Below are positions 27,131-41,155 of a stretch of 64,000 nucleotides of DNA, piece by piece (the stretch's first letter is position 1; every line of letters starts with the position of its first letter). A program made the position numbers and the translations under genes. The DNA comes from Octopus sinensis (taxonomy: Eukaryota). The notes beneath the pieces were generated by a model. That model was not told the origin of the DNA, searched no databases, and saw only the letters and a program-made list of their open reading frames with translations. Where the stretch lies: NCBI RefSeq assembly GCF_006345805.1, contig NC_043008.1, positions 29,326,001-29,390,000 on the forward strand, written 5' to 3'.

Positions 27131-29925
27131 ATCTGTCTTAAGATATTGAAAGATATATTTACTAATGTGTTTGTAGAAAGAGGAAATTCTAATAGGAGCA
27201 ATCACTGAAGATCGTGGCAGCAGGAATAGCACTGTCCAGAGATTCGGTCCAGGTGAAACTATGCTTTATCCATGGTTGAATATAAAATACGTTCCAACAC
27301 CTTGGCGACGATTTCGCTACTTACATCACTCATTTCCTCTCGCAAATCATATATTTGCCTTGAAAAGGTTGTACAAGTATATATATATTAATCAATACAA
27401 AGATAGACTCTGCATAATGATTACATATGTAAGATCGTTGTTTCTAACAATCAGTTCTGTGCTAGGGCTAATGAAGAAGAAGAATTTACGAAAAAATTAT
27501 CAGAACACTTAATTGCGTTATGTAACGTATCTGATGGTCATATGATGATTCACTCTAATGCAGAAAATGTGCAGTATTCATGGCCATTTTATTATTATAC
27601 ACATATATAATCAAACAGACGGATAATTATACAGCTTTTGAAAGATTTAAATGAAATTTCTTTTAGTGATATCTTTAACATATACATACTTTCATGTTCT
27701 TATATACAAAATTACTTACCTACAAAAGTTCTGTCATTTTCTCTACTTCTATACACATTTTCAAGTGGGCGTTTATTTATTTAAATTTGTTAAATTCTGA
27801 TTTCAATCGTCCAAAGCGGTCATGTTATGACACGGCCAAATAGTGTTGTGGTCGAGTATATCAATCCGGTTACTAATTGCAACGAGATAATTATTTTATC
27901 GATTTGTATGTTTGGGCTTGATGAGGTAACTTTTGTGTCACAACACTAGCTTTTACTACAGAAATTTAAAGTAAAATAAGTGTGCGCATACACCGTAATG
28001 TTAATAAAATATATCACTTTTAGTATTTTGTTAAGATTTTGGAAGAATGACTATCTTGAAATCCTTCTTCACAATTTCCTTTTCGGAATATAAGTTCTTA
28101 TTGCCCCATTAACAGTGGCGTTGTTTGGCTAGGCAAATATTTAAGTATTCTAACATTTTGTAAAGTAGTTTGACATCTGAACGTTAGACTTAAACACTAG
28201 GTTGTTCTGGTAAGTCAAAAAAGGTTGACTCGCATATTGATTTCGAACCTTTGTAATATAAACTAAATGAAAAATCTCGTATAATAAACAAATCTTAATA
28301 AGGTAATTACACAACATTGCCGTTTTATCAATAAACTTTTATAAAGAAGAGCTGTTCCCTATAAATAGGAAAATATGTACGTACTCACGCACATACGCAT
28401 GTATGTGTTTGTGTGTGTTTGTGTGTGTATGTATATGTATATGCTGATATGTGTGTGTATGTGTGTGTCTTTGCTTATGCACGTTAGATAACGTATATTT
28501 TACATAACGCTACGTTTAAGAAAAGCATATCAAGCTTCAGGACACTATTTACTACAAGAAAGCATATGTTACATTTCTAAATTAAAGTGTTATTTTTAGG
28601 AACCAGAAAGTTCGATAGCTTGCATGGACTAGTGATTTAATATCTGGCTGTGTGAAGACAAAATACTGTACAACTTAGAAATATATTCTGCACCTTTGGA
28701 AGGACGTTTGACTTGGAAGTTCAAGGTAATAAGAAGATGATGGTGTTTGCGGATGCGATTGTTGTATTTTTCTTTGTATTTTAGCTCTTCATTTTTTTTG
28801 GATGGGATAAACTGTGTGTTCTTGTATGTGTAATTTCGCTTTTCTGCAATCAATATATTGTGTACATGAATATTGTTTCTACTAAAAGACAGTATGGTGG
28901 CTATGAGCAGAGTTGTACAAGATATGGTAGGATTAGATATTAAGGCGTGCAATATGAATACATAACCGTTCTTTTAATTGACATTTGGTAGGCATCATTC
29001 AATGGACCATAGAATAGATTTTATAGTGATTATTTTGTAGAGACTATTTGAGGACGTTTGTCTAGTAGCGGGTGGTTTGTGTAATGGAGGCACGAGTATA
29101 TAAATGAACATATTTAGGTTGCTTAAATCTCACAAATACAACTATCAAATAACATATATACAAGGAGTCACGCAAAGAGGTACATACACATACACACATT
29201 TGCTAACACATGTACCGATTGGCTGTGCATTCTCTGTTTTTCTAGTTCCGCACACCAGTTAATGCGCAACCTGACACATGAATAAAATGTCACTCGCCGA
29301 GGAACCGATGCAGTGTTAGCAAAACTAAACTGGTAACATGTAGTTACAAATCAAGCTTCCGGGTACGCGACTATGAGTCTTATATATACGAATCATATTT
29401 TTTTTCATCTAAACATATACAGTTATTTTCCTTTATGTCTAAAAACATTAAAATGTCTAAGAACATTAAGTTTACATAAAAAATTTGATAAATTGACAAC
29501 GAAAAATACGGATGTGCGCGATAAGTCTCATATTTCAACTTGTTTGTAGTTGTTAGGGCCTTCCGTATAAAATAGACGGTAAGAAAAAGATTGAAAATAT
29601 ATATCATTTGATTAATTTGACGATAGAATATAAATGTCCGGTGGAAATGTGTAGTCAAATTACCAACGTAATTAAATTAACCTTAGATACTATTTAGATA
29701 TCAAGCAACTGAACTGATGGTGCTGATGCGATGATTAGCAATTGACGTTGACGTCTGACCGAGTTCTGCAATGTTGAACATTCGTCGCTTAGCACAATTT
29801 TCTCCATTCTTCAATTTCGTCACATGAACCAGTCACGTTCTCTGATTATTCAGCTTATTAAGTTCGATTTTCTGCAATAATTCTTGTTAAAATAATACAG
29901 AATATTGTTTTCTTATTTGCTCAAA

Positions 29926-29937
29926 ATAGTAGTAGTG

Positions 29938-29991
<54 letters not shown>

Positions 29992-30045
29992 ATGGTGTTG
30001 GTGGTGGTGGTGGTCATGGTGGTTGTAATGGTGGTGGTGGTAGTG

Positions 30046-30096
<51 letters not shown>

Positions 30097-30110
30097 ACAA
30101 CAACAACCAC
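29926..30110 (+). repeat. (TAG)n/(TGG)n trinucleotide mosaic
   Basis: Directly visible. It is the source of the poly-V and poly-T ORFs. Confidence 0.95.
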
Positions 30111-31467
30111 AATAATCGTTGTTGCTTTAGTTGTATTAACATCTATTAAGCATCGAGAAATCGTGTGATCTTTTACTACCGGACTGATCCAGTCTGGTCC
30201 TCTACTTCGGGACATGATGGAGCAAGGCGAATGACAGGAGGCTATCAGGGAAAGAATTAAGAAAAATAGCGTAAAGTAACTAGGTACACATTACGTGCAG
30301 CTAGGGATTAGGATTAGCCTCCGCTAAATAGAGCAAGAACATTTTACATTAAAAGGAAATAATCATAGCATAATTCTTGTTTTAACGAATGTAAAAGCTA
30401 AAGAAGAGATATACATAAGTGATGAGGAGATAGGTTTCAATAGCCAGCTCTTTTAGAGAATACAGGTTTCTTGAAAGTCACAGAGATTGTCTTTGTAGGA
30501 AAATGAACAAGCAATTTATAGGGCGTGATTTGTATCAATTTCCCAAAGGTCGGATACGTTCACTCGTAAATTCTGTGTACACATTTTGTTCGAGGCAATA
30601 GGAACAGAAGGTCACTGGAATTGTAAACGATTTGATATTACCTAGAACGTCACCCTGTGGAAGTTTATTAGTTTAATTCACTGAATCATTAACACTTCTC
30701 TATAACCGGTAGTATGTTAATCGTATTTTCCTACTTGTATAATACTTATGTGCATTTTACAATAATAATAATACAGATAAGAAGAAAATATGTACATTTT
30801 AAATATATCGAGTAGAAATCGACAGAAAAAATAACACCATTGTGCACACATGTATCCCGTGGAGAAGAACAGGAATAGCGACAGGATCCTCGATGCCGTT
30901 CACTTTTCATAAAGGGGGTTGCAATATACAGAATATTGCAAAAATTCCAGAGCCTGGTAACAGTTTCTACACCGGATTGAAACCATATATCCAAATTTAT
31001 TTTTGGGACTATTGACGTAAGTATATTCGTCTTGCGTAGAACATAACGGGTTTTCTCCTTTTGGAACACGAAATAGAGACAGATCTGGAGTATATTTCAA
31101 TTAAATTATCATACGTTGTGAGAGGCAGAAATTATAATAATATATCTATCATATTATAAACAGATGCCGGAAAATAAGTGCAAGCTGATTATAAACTAGC
31201 TCAGCAATATTTCAGTAGAAAGAACACAAGCGGCTTTCCAGAGATATTGAAGTCAATGCCGATTGTTTGCAAATTTTCCCCTTCGTAGTAAAATAGATGC
31301 AAGTATTAAGTGATGATGCATAATCTTTCTGCGTAGCGTCGGGTATATTTCTATGAATATATAGGTGTTTATGATTTTACAAGAACGAAAACAATACAAA
31401 AACTGTCTTGTAGAGAGTACTGAGATCATAAAACACAACTTCTATTGTAGACGACTAAGGGATTATC

Positions 31468-31539
31468 ATTTTGGTAGCTAGACCAATTTTGGTAGCTAGA
31501 TCAATTTTGGTAGCTAGACCAATTTTGGTAGCTAGACAA
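31468..31539 (+). repeat. Minisatellite, 4 x 18 bp (attttggtagctagacca)
   Basis: Units at 31468, 31486, 31504 and 31522 with one substitution each in units 2 and 4. Confidence 0.95.
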
Positions 31540-32602
31540 ATTTAAAAACTTTCTACACAGAAGATATAAATGAAAAAAAAAAAGAACGTCAACTAAAAAT
31601 ATAGTGTTTCGATCATTTGGTAACCACAGAAAAAACGCAGGTGGCAGCAATTTTAATTCGCTGGTCTTTATTATGACGAACAATCATAAGGCTTAAGAGC
31701 CCATTCTCCACCAATGAATTGAAGGAATCAAATAATAGAAACTACGACAACTCCCACTAAATGACTAAAATGTATCTCCTCATAGCCCATGCACCCAACG
31801 TATTAAAATAATGAGAACAAAACATAGATCAGTGGAGGAAAACGGACTTTCTCATCATAAATTTCACATTAGTGGACTACAGCTCGAAAGAGAAGTAAAG
31901 TAAGCATATCTAAATCACATGCGATGTAGGATACGTCTCTTGCGAATAAAAACACTGTCTACTGAGGAAGAATCCATATCTTGTTGAAGAGATCAATTGA
32001 CCTGTGTGTTGGATTGTACTAGCCCCCGACCTGAAAGAAATTCATTTCACGGGTAATGGTATCAATGACAATGTATAGGAAACTTCTTATACAATATGCA
32101 TAATAAATATCTAAATGAAATATCGGGAATTAAATGGAAAATATTTTAAACAGGAGAAAATAAAATATCAGTTAAAATTCTCAATCCAGAAAACGTGTCC
32201 TTTCATTTGCATTCATTGCACAACAGCAGCACATGTAATATATAAGAATTCCTACCCTTAACTATATCTCGAGGAGGCACGCCACTTGTATTATAAGAAA
32301 TGGGAGGTAGCCTGAACAACGGATGTGGTTGTTTAAATTTTGTATAAATTAGTATTTTCAATTATCGTGTTTTAACCATATACTTTAAATCATTCTTGCA
32401 AATTTTTCTCTCGCATTCTTTAAATCTAAGAATTATATATAGCATAACGGCTTTCGTAGCCTGCTCGTCTTTGTGTTAGTAGTCAGTCTTTGTAAAAACC
32501 CTTTCGAAGTTAATAGTGTTTTTTTAAATGTTTATATCACCTCCGGCCTTTGTACATAATTAATAAAGAAATCATTACGAGTATTACTTTTGTTGTTGCT
32601 AT

Positions 32603-32710
32603 TCTTCTTCTTCTTCTTCTTCTTCTTCTTCTTCTTCTTCTTCTTCTTCTTCTTCTTCTTCTTCTTCTTCTTCTTCTTCTTCTTCTCTTCTTCTTCTTCT
32701 TCTTCTTCTT

Positions 32711-32798
<88 letters not shown>
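32603..32798 (+). repeat. (CTT)n-(TTA)n compound microsatellite
   Basis: Directly visible. Confidence 0.95.
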
Positions 32799-32800
<2 letters not shown>

Positions 32801-34703
32801 TATTTTGTTGTTGCCCCTGTCGCTGCTTCTATTGGTGTTGTTCTTACTTTTCTCGTGGCTGGTTTTCACATATGTTGTTGATGTTACATTTGTTGTTGCT
32901 TGCCTTGAGCAGATATCAATAACGCAAATGCAGGAAAAATTGTGATATCATCACGTTTTACATCATGCAATTTTTTTTCTAATGCTTTGATAATATTGTG
33001 TCCTTACCGTTTATTTTGGAATACAAAAAGTAATACAGTATTGCTTCTGGATATTTTTTATATATTTTATTTGGTAAACTTCCGTTTACTAGGAAAGTGA
33101 TGTCTCTGTCTGTAGCGGCGGTAAGAGGAGATGATTGAAAGAAACGGTAACAAAGGAGAGGGTTATAAGACACTCCAAAAATTTTTTTTGAAAACCGTGA
33201 AAAGAAACACCAACATTTTAAAACAAAGAAAAACTGAAAACAAAAATAGATGATGAAAAATTTAGTATAGCAGATTAAATTGGTGGCATAAACACGGTCA
33301 TTAAACTTTCTGAAAATATACCAAACCACAAAACCCGATACATCTTTAATGTCAACAAATATGTTGACAATTACATTAATCAAAGCCGACAGTAATAAAA
33401 TAACTTTGGAAATGTTGTAAGAAGAAATATTCGGAATACGGACCAGCTCTTTTACTCGATTGATGCAAATGCTGACTTTTCCTGTATTGCACTCTTTTAT
33501 GACAGTTAATTTCATCATTATACATTTCAATTTTTTATGTAAATAAAAATAATTCGTTTTCGTTTCTTACTGCTCAAATGGTTCAATTCACACGTGAATA
33601 GAATTCATTGTATCTTTGAAAGTATTCCGGTGGCAAGAGAATAGAATCTGTCATCATCATCACCATGATCATCAACAATATCATCTCCATTATTATCATC
33701 ATTATAGTCATCAATTTTAGGTCTTTAAATTTAAGTTCCAGATGTAATAGGATGTAATAGGCCTGGATGTAATAGGATAAATCAAACCCTCAAAATTACT
33801 ACAGCTGAATAAAATCCTCAACGTTAAAGCAACTCATGATTTCTTTACGGTGCTAATGAGAATATGAACGATGATGGCCTACGATTGACACTAGGAATCT
33901 ACGAGAACAGTCTCAGTGGTCTCTTTCGGAGCACATTCGGGTCCAAAATATTTAACATTGCTGCGTGGTTACTATCTACGTTTACCTGGCGCATCTTTCC
34001 TTTTAAGTGTTGTATTTCTCTTTGTGATGTTTTTTTTTGTTTCTTTTGAGACTACATCTCCATATGTTAACTAGGTTATAGGGGTTCAGTGCGGTATCAA
34101 AATCTTTATCGAAGTTCTCTTTCTTCCAGATTTTATATGTACTTTATGTGTTTTAGTTCTGTGGCTAGAGCACTGCTATAAAATAATTCCTCACGTAACC
34201 ATTTATGCGGTTTTTATTTTATTTGCGAGACATGAGGAATAACATCTGACCATTTATTTTGATGGTCATCATTTTCGTATGGTGCCGGTCCGTGAATTTT
34301 TGGTGTTAAATGGTTTTACACGTGAGGTTATTTGTAGTTTTGGTGAGTATTTCCTGTTTGATATCATTGAGTTGAATAATATAGGTATTACTTATATAAT
34401 TTATTATCTATTATTTTCCGTGTATGGTGGTTGGGGACGAAAGTCGTCTGATGTTGATTGGATCGTAATATGGCGAGCGTGCTTACACGTGATGTGCGAG
34501 TGATTGACATGATGCACAGATAATTTCATTTCGGAAATATAAATAAATATTAATGGGCATTACTTTCTCGGATATAGTCCGATATTTTAGTCTGCATTTG
34601 TTGTCTTTAATCGAGATCGTTTTGGATAGATTTCGGAGAAGTATTTTATCGCTCTTACTTGTTAAACGTCCCCGGTGTTCTTACTATTATTATTATTATT
34701 ATT

Positions 34704-35153
34704 GAGTGAGAGAGCAGTGCATGCCATCAAAGTGACACTGGGGTAAAATATACGAAGCCCAATATACCCATCATGACTACCCGTCTGATAAGGGTACACC
34801 AGACACATGCATCACAACCATATGTGCGCGACATGGTGATCTCATATCAAGATAAACAGCACATGACCTTGCAGGTGGGGCCCAGTTAGAATTTTCGTCA
34901 GGTCGAGTAGCCCATCCCGCTCAAAAGGTCCTTGAATAAGGGTTATTTAAGGATGTTGAAAGAACCACCTATGTTTCCAGAGGTGAATTATTCAAACCCC
35001 AAAGAATCCCTCTCAACACATGGCTATGATGCTCCCCCACTACTTCTGCTCGTGATCAGAGATGCACATATCGTCAACCACTAAGGGACATGCTCAACTG
35101 GTTAAGGTCAAACAACTGACAAGCAAATCTGTGGTATTGAGCAGAATATTTGC

Positions 35154-35156
<3 letters not shown>
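34704..35156 (-). mobile_element. Family A non-coding retroposon, copy 1 (5'-truncated)
   Basis: Reverse-complement match over ~450 bp to 46578-47185 and 50279-50833. Both ends lie in (TTA)n. Confidence 0.9.
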
Positions 35157-35213
<57 letters not shown>

Positions 35214-35340
35214 CATTATTATTATTATTATCATCATCATCATCATCATCATCATCATTATCATCATTATTATTATTATCATTATTATTATCAATATTAT
35301 TATTATTATTTATTATTATTATTATTATTATCATTATTAT
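35157..35340 (+). repeat. (TTA)n/(TCA)n microsatellite
   Basis: Directly visible. Confidence 0.95.
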
Positions 35341-35345
35341 GTTAT

Positions 35346-35557
35346 AAGGAGAAGAGCTCACAGAATCCTTAGCACGCTGGACGAAATGTTTAGCGGTATG
35401 TCGCCAGTCGTTACGATCTGAGTTTAAATTCCTCTAAGGTCGACTTTGCCCATTATCCTTCTGGGTTGAACAAATATGTACTAGTGGAACACTGGGGTCG
35501 ATTTAATCAACTCATTCCCTCCTCTCAAAATCGCTGCCCCTGTAGCTAAATTTGAAA
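35346..35557 (+). mobile_element. Old SINE family B copy
   Basis: ttagcacgctggacgaaatgtttagcggtat...gagtttaaattcc...ggtcgactttgcc...actggggtcgatttaatc is colinear with the other family-B copies. Confidence 0.75.
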
Positions 35558-37020
35558 ATATTGTTATTATCATGTTATAGGAAGTTATGTTATTATGAAA
35601 TTAAGCAACATAAAATGGCATTTGTGACAAATGATTGTATTGCTAATGTAATATTAAGGTACGCCATGAAGCGAAATATAACCTGGGCAGGGTAATTCTA
35701 TTATAATCAGATTTATCCCTTAAATTTTTGTATATTTATAATTATATGGTTTCGATAAAGTATGACTTCTACTAGCAACAAATTCATTTTATCTTATAAT
35801 TTTAATAAATATACGAGAGAAATTTACTACGATTTATCGCGTTGCGGGCGGCATTCTGTTATTGATTTTTTAAAAAGTTTTATGAAATTGTAATATATAT
35901 TTATGCCTACAGGTGCTCGCGTAGTTGTACATCTACCTACGCATCAAATAGCTTCTCTAGCAGATTTTTTATATTCTGTTGTTCAAATATCGAATACCAC
36001 AATATATCAGCTGTCGTCAACATGAACACAGACATAATATATGGTATATATAGATATTGTATATTCCATAATTAGTCGGTATTACTTTCATAGTGGTGAT
36101 TCCATTTATATTTCTACTAAGAGAATAAACCTAAATATTTCGGATTCGAATGTCTCAAACCATCTTTTTATTTACAATGTGTTATAACATGACTGTAATA
36201 TATGTTATTGCCAAAATATTTGAGTTTTCGGTAGCAATGAATGGAATAGAAAGTGTACTAGAGCGTAGTAGAAAGTAAATTATATTGCAGTTTCTATTAA
36301 AGATATGTACTTAGAACAAAAATAAAATTTGAAAAATATAATCGTAATGTTTTAGTACAGCCATTGAGAGTATCGCTATTTCTGTCATTTGAGAGATAAT
36401 TCTACCACATGTAATGTTATTGCCACATAAACTCATTTTGATACATAGAAACATGTTATCGCAGATGGTTGCAAACTCTACACACTTTCAAGAAACATTC
36501 AAAATTGTTATGTACACATATACACAAACATATACACAACGCACTGACACTCACAGACACAGACACATATAGATATGTGTGTTTATATGTATATTTATGT
36601 CTGCATGTGTATGTATACAAATGTGCATATATGTGTATGTATGTGTGTGCGCGCACTGGTATGAACATATTCCTTTCCTGCCCTCAGGTATTACCGTTCT
36701 CATTGTTTACAAGTCTCTTTGCAAACGATAAGTTAAAAAACAGCAAATTGAAAACAAAGTTAAAATTTGAAATATCAAACAAATAAGAAACACAATAGTA
36801 TAAGAAATTCCTTCAAACAAATAAGAAACATAAATAAGAATGTTTCAGAGAATCTGTAGCTTTAAACTAATGAGCTGAATGCGATAAAAAATTTATAGAA
36901 TTAATCATCTATGGATTTATATAAATAGTGGTATTTTCATATTTTGGAAAGCGTTCGCCTGAAAATCTGAGTAGTGTAAGTAGAACGTTTGCACATGTAA
37001 GATTAATATTCACGCACTGA

Positions 37021-37272
37021 AAGGCGGCGAGCTGGCAGAAATATTAGCACGCCATTTGGTCTTTTTTACGAACATATTAGGAAATATATCTTTCAATATT
37101 TTAAGACAGCGGCAAGCTGGCAGAAACGTTTGCACGTTTGATTTCAAACTCCGCCGAGGTCGACTTTGCCTTTCATCCATTCGGAGACGACAAACTAAGT
37201 ACCAGATGCATATTGAGTTCGATCTAATCGATTGACCCCAAAATTTTGGGCCTTGTGCCAAGAGTAGAAAAG
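37021..37272 (+). mobile_element. SINE family B with duplicated head
   Basis: aaggcggcgagctggcagaaatattagcacgcc at 37021 and a second cggcaagctggcagaaacg at ~37109, followed by the family-B body. Confidence 0.8.
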
Positions 37273-37556
37273 ATATATAAACACGTTCACATGCTCTCTC
37301 TCTCTCTCTCGCTCACGTACACGCATACACAGACACACGTGTGTAGACGCATGTATGTATGTTCATAAATATGTATGTATCTTGTATGGGAAATTTGACT
37401 GCGAAAGTTATCGAAAATGGATTGAAAGACACTGTACAGAATATTTTTCGGGTCTACCCTCATCCTGAAGAAACACTGACAGTATACTCGCGATATTATG
37501 ACAAGATACGTAACTTTTAGATATTTTATACGATATATTATTATACAATCGCCACT

Positions 37557-38404
37557 TACGAGGGGATACCCATATGTAACTTTAATCGCTTTCTGTGGAA
37601 CAAGCCCGTTGTAGATCAGACGTCCACCGCCAGACGCCATTTGATACGACCCTCAGGTATCAGTCTGCCGATCGGTGTCTTCAATTGATTAAGTACTGCC
37701 ACGTAGTGCGTCTTTGGGTTGCAGCGCTTCTCCCATGTTCATCGATTTTTGCGTTGGCTAAAACGAAGGAAAGGCGTGCTTCCATGAAATTCTTTTTTTT
37801 CCTGGGGAAAACGGCGGCCGAAAGAGCTGTCATGCTTCAAACAACTTACAAGAACCTGCTAAGACCAAAACACAAACTAACGAGTGGTTCCTCTCCTCCT
37901 TTAGGAATGGTCACTTGTCACTTGAAAACCCACCTCATTCAGATAATTCATGAATTGACATTGATATGACATTTTGATATGACTGTTGTGTTACTGAGCT
38001 CCTACCTACGAATTCTAAACAAGAAATTGTGAATGAAAAGAGTTGAAGAAAATGTTTGTCTAACTTGCTTACAGAAGATCAAAAGTACTCACGACTGAAC
38101 GCGTGTCTTGAGTTTAAAGAGCAGTTGGAAGTTGATCCAGACCCTTTTTCGAAGGTCATCACTGGTAACGAAAGCTGGTGCTAAGGAATTTGCTGATGTG
38201 GAAGAGGTGAAAAAATGACGGAAGCATTAATAGGCATCACTACGCAAGAATTCCAGCATTGCTTCGAATAGTGGAAAACGCGCCAGGACATATGCATTGC
38301 TTCCAATGGAAAGTACTTTGAAGGCAGTAAAAGTGTAAAGATGTAAAACAAAGTGAATAACATAATGTTACGAAATTCCGGTTTCTTTTGGGTACTCACT
38401 AATA
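37557..38404 (+). mobile_element. Internally deleted Tc1/mariner (mariner-type) DNA transposon
   Basis: Fragments translate as RASMKFFFFLGKTAAERAVMLQTTYK (HTH start), LLTEDQKYSRL.ACLEFKEQLEVDPDPFSKVITGNESWC (first catalytic-Asp region) and FADVEEVK...ITTQEFQHCFE*WK...CIASNGKYFEG (C-terminus). Decayed TIRs are tacgaggggatacccat at 37557 and, reverse-complemented at ~38404, gtgagtacccaaaagaaaccggaat. Confidence 0.85.
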
Positions 38405-39727
38405 TATATGTGGTTATTCCTTCAGCTATTTTTGACTTTCGTTAGACCCTGTGTCTTTTTCTGTATGAAAATACTGCTAAATGTGCCCTGGATGTAAAGG
38501 AAATTACAATTAACTAATAAAAAAACGAGACGTATGTTATATGATTTTAGTTGCGGGCAGTAATCAGTTCTAAGAATTTGTGTGGATTCATATACTGAAG
38601 ATCTATTGTTTTCAAGTGTTTGCCGGAATGGTCAAATGTTCTGTGTTGCTCTTAGAAACAATTTGAAGTCCAAAAGTTTTCAACAATATGGAGAAGAAAG
38701 AAGAATTCTATTTATGCAAACCATATTTCAACTAGTCATTCACAAAGAATTTACCTAATATTTTGCTATATGTGTCCTGCGAAAAATGGGGAAACTCTGT
38801 TGTTGCATTTCTTATTTTATTCTGGAGTGTCATTATTTCGAAAACCTGGGTGAATGTGAATTTCCAAAGATGAAACCTTAAGAAACTTATTTTTATAGAC
38901 TTCCAAGGCTGTTAACCACATTGATGCTTCTCCATTTTGCATACTGCTTCAATATGCATCCCTGTATGTGCATGGGGTAATTTTATTGTAGTAAACTAAG
39001 GTGGGGTAGAATTTAAAATATTATCCCATGCCAGATCAAGATGCACTAACAGATGCGAATGTGCGCTTTCGAACTTAATAAAGCACCCACAATGATGTTG
39101 TGGGCCTGAGTTAGATATTACAATGGGCGAAGTGGGGAGAGTCTGTTGTTTTGTCCTTTGTAATTGCAAAGCGAAAGATTCTTCGAAGTATTGATATTAG
39201 TATTTTTGCACGTGGAATGTACAACGAAACATCGAAAGAATGTAAAAAATACGACGGAGTGTGTTTGCGTTGTATGTTTTCATTTGTGAGTGTATGATTT
39301 TGTATGTGCGTATGTATTTCTGCGGGGTGTTATTTGAAATTTTATAAATAGATTTTCTCTTACGTAGAATGGTACCCTTCTTTTTATTTTTTGTATTAAA
39401 AGGTGTGCGCTTACGTATATATGAATATAGCCATGCATACACACATATAAACATATATGTATTACATATACATATATTCATACAAACACTCACACACACA
39501 TGCGTACACGCACATACATACACACACATACACATATATATATTTCGGCATAACTACAGTGATCATACTCAAATTGACTATTTCGTGAGAATAAGTATTT
39601 TTTATGTATTGCATCGTAACTCTTTAGGTCTCAGTTTAGATCTCGGTAATTGACCTAAATAAAGGATAATGAGAGATGAAACTCGAATTTGTGACCTACA
39701 TCGTTTTCGATTAGATACATTTTAAAT

Positions 39728-39845
<118 letters not shown>

Positions 39846-40412
39846 TCTACATACACATGTTCACGTTTGTCTGTACCACATTCAAATGAGAATTTATGTC
39901 ATCAGACGCTATGTCTGTTTGCGTATAGAGATGTCTGAATGAATATAAAGGAGAATATCACAGCGTAGATTTATATATACGCCATTGTAATAGCCAGTTG
40001 TCAGTAATTTCTCTGCAATTAGAGCAGTTATGTATATGCTCAGAGAAGTGTATTCATAGAATTAATTTCTTCTACATATTGGACTCTATGGCGACAGTGT
40101 AACATATTTAGCTATCAAATTATATGCAGCTATATATACAGAGTTGGGCAGAAAACACTCCTGTATTTTACAAAGACATTGCTATTTCTATAGTGAAGTT
40201 TGACAGTGTTTTTATTTATCTAATGATTTATCATTTGTACTTACAACGATGATCAATGTTAAAATATTATGATTATGAATACTCAATCTCAGAAGAATGA
40301 ATTCCCTGCAGTTCATATATGCAGATACAGATGTACACCCGTATAGATATGCGTACACACACACAGACACATACATATACATACACACATACACACACAC
40401 ACACACCACACA

Positions 40413-40516
<104 letters not shown>

Positions 40517-40544
40517 AACATACGTATATATATATATATGTGTG

Positions 40545-41155
40545 TTTTGGAGGTCGTTCGAGTGGCCTTCTTTGATCTTTTGTATACCTCCCGCCATCTG
40601 CATGCTCTGAGACATGTGTTGACTGTGAACCTTCCAACTTATCCTGCACAGAGACACTTGTGCTTTCGGTATTGTGCAACATCGTTCACTCGGCATAGTT
40701 CTCGAGTTATCTCCTTTCGAATAGTCTGTCGTACTGTTATTTCCAGCATGGAGTCATGCATTGTCCTTTGCATCGACGCCGAACGATGTTCTCTCATGTT
40801 TGTAGTAGCCCAGGTCTCGTATATAAGTGAACAGGTAAAATGATGTTGTTAAAGGATCTGGGGCATATAATATTGTCCTTTGAGTTAACTACACCTTCCG
40901 TTCCGCTTTTATTCTCTTCGAGATTTCAGCATCCGGGATTTGTTGCATAGTCACTGTGTACCATCCTTAGTAGACTCACTCGTTTAGTATATCTACCTTG
41001 TACTACGTCGAAAAAACCGCATGAGTTTTCGTTTTAATGCGTTTTATCTTAAAGCCTACTGAAGAGCTTGGTTTGTGTTTTCGGCGATGTATACAATATC
41101 ATCCCCGAATTGATGTGTTAGCGGCTCGACGTCGTTAATGAAGTCATTCAAAGTC
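40545..41155 (-). mobile_element. Degenerate RTE-1-like LINE fragment (RT domain 5 to C-terminus)
   Basis: The minus strand reads with frameshifts FGDDIVYIAEN (YADD-like), FNNIILP, TWATTNMREHRSASMQRTMHDSMLEITVRQTIR and YTKDQRRPLERPP, typical of RTE-1 RT ends. Confidence 0.75.

Noticed and set aside
27200-27270. CTGAAGA ... GAAAC pair
   Set aside because: There is no coherent stem II and no room for stem III plus NUH.
31468-31539. CRISPR-like direct repeats
   Set aside because: Contiguous 18-bp units with no spacers, in eukaryotic context with no cas genes.
32979-33530. 183-aa minus-strand ORF
   Set aside because: An AT-rich hydrophobic reading of a lysine/asparagine-like opposite strand with no recognisable motif. 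Possibly a very old TE remnant, but unassignable.
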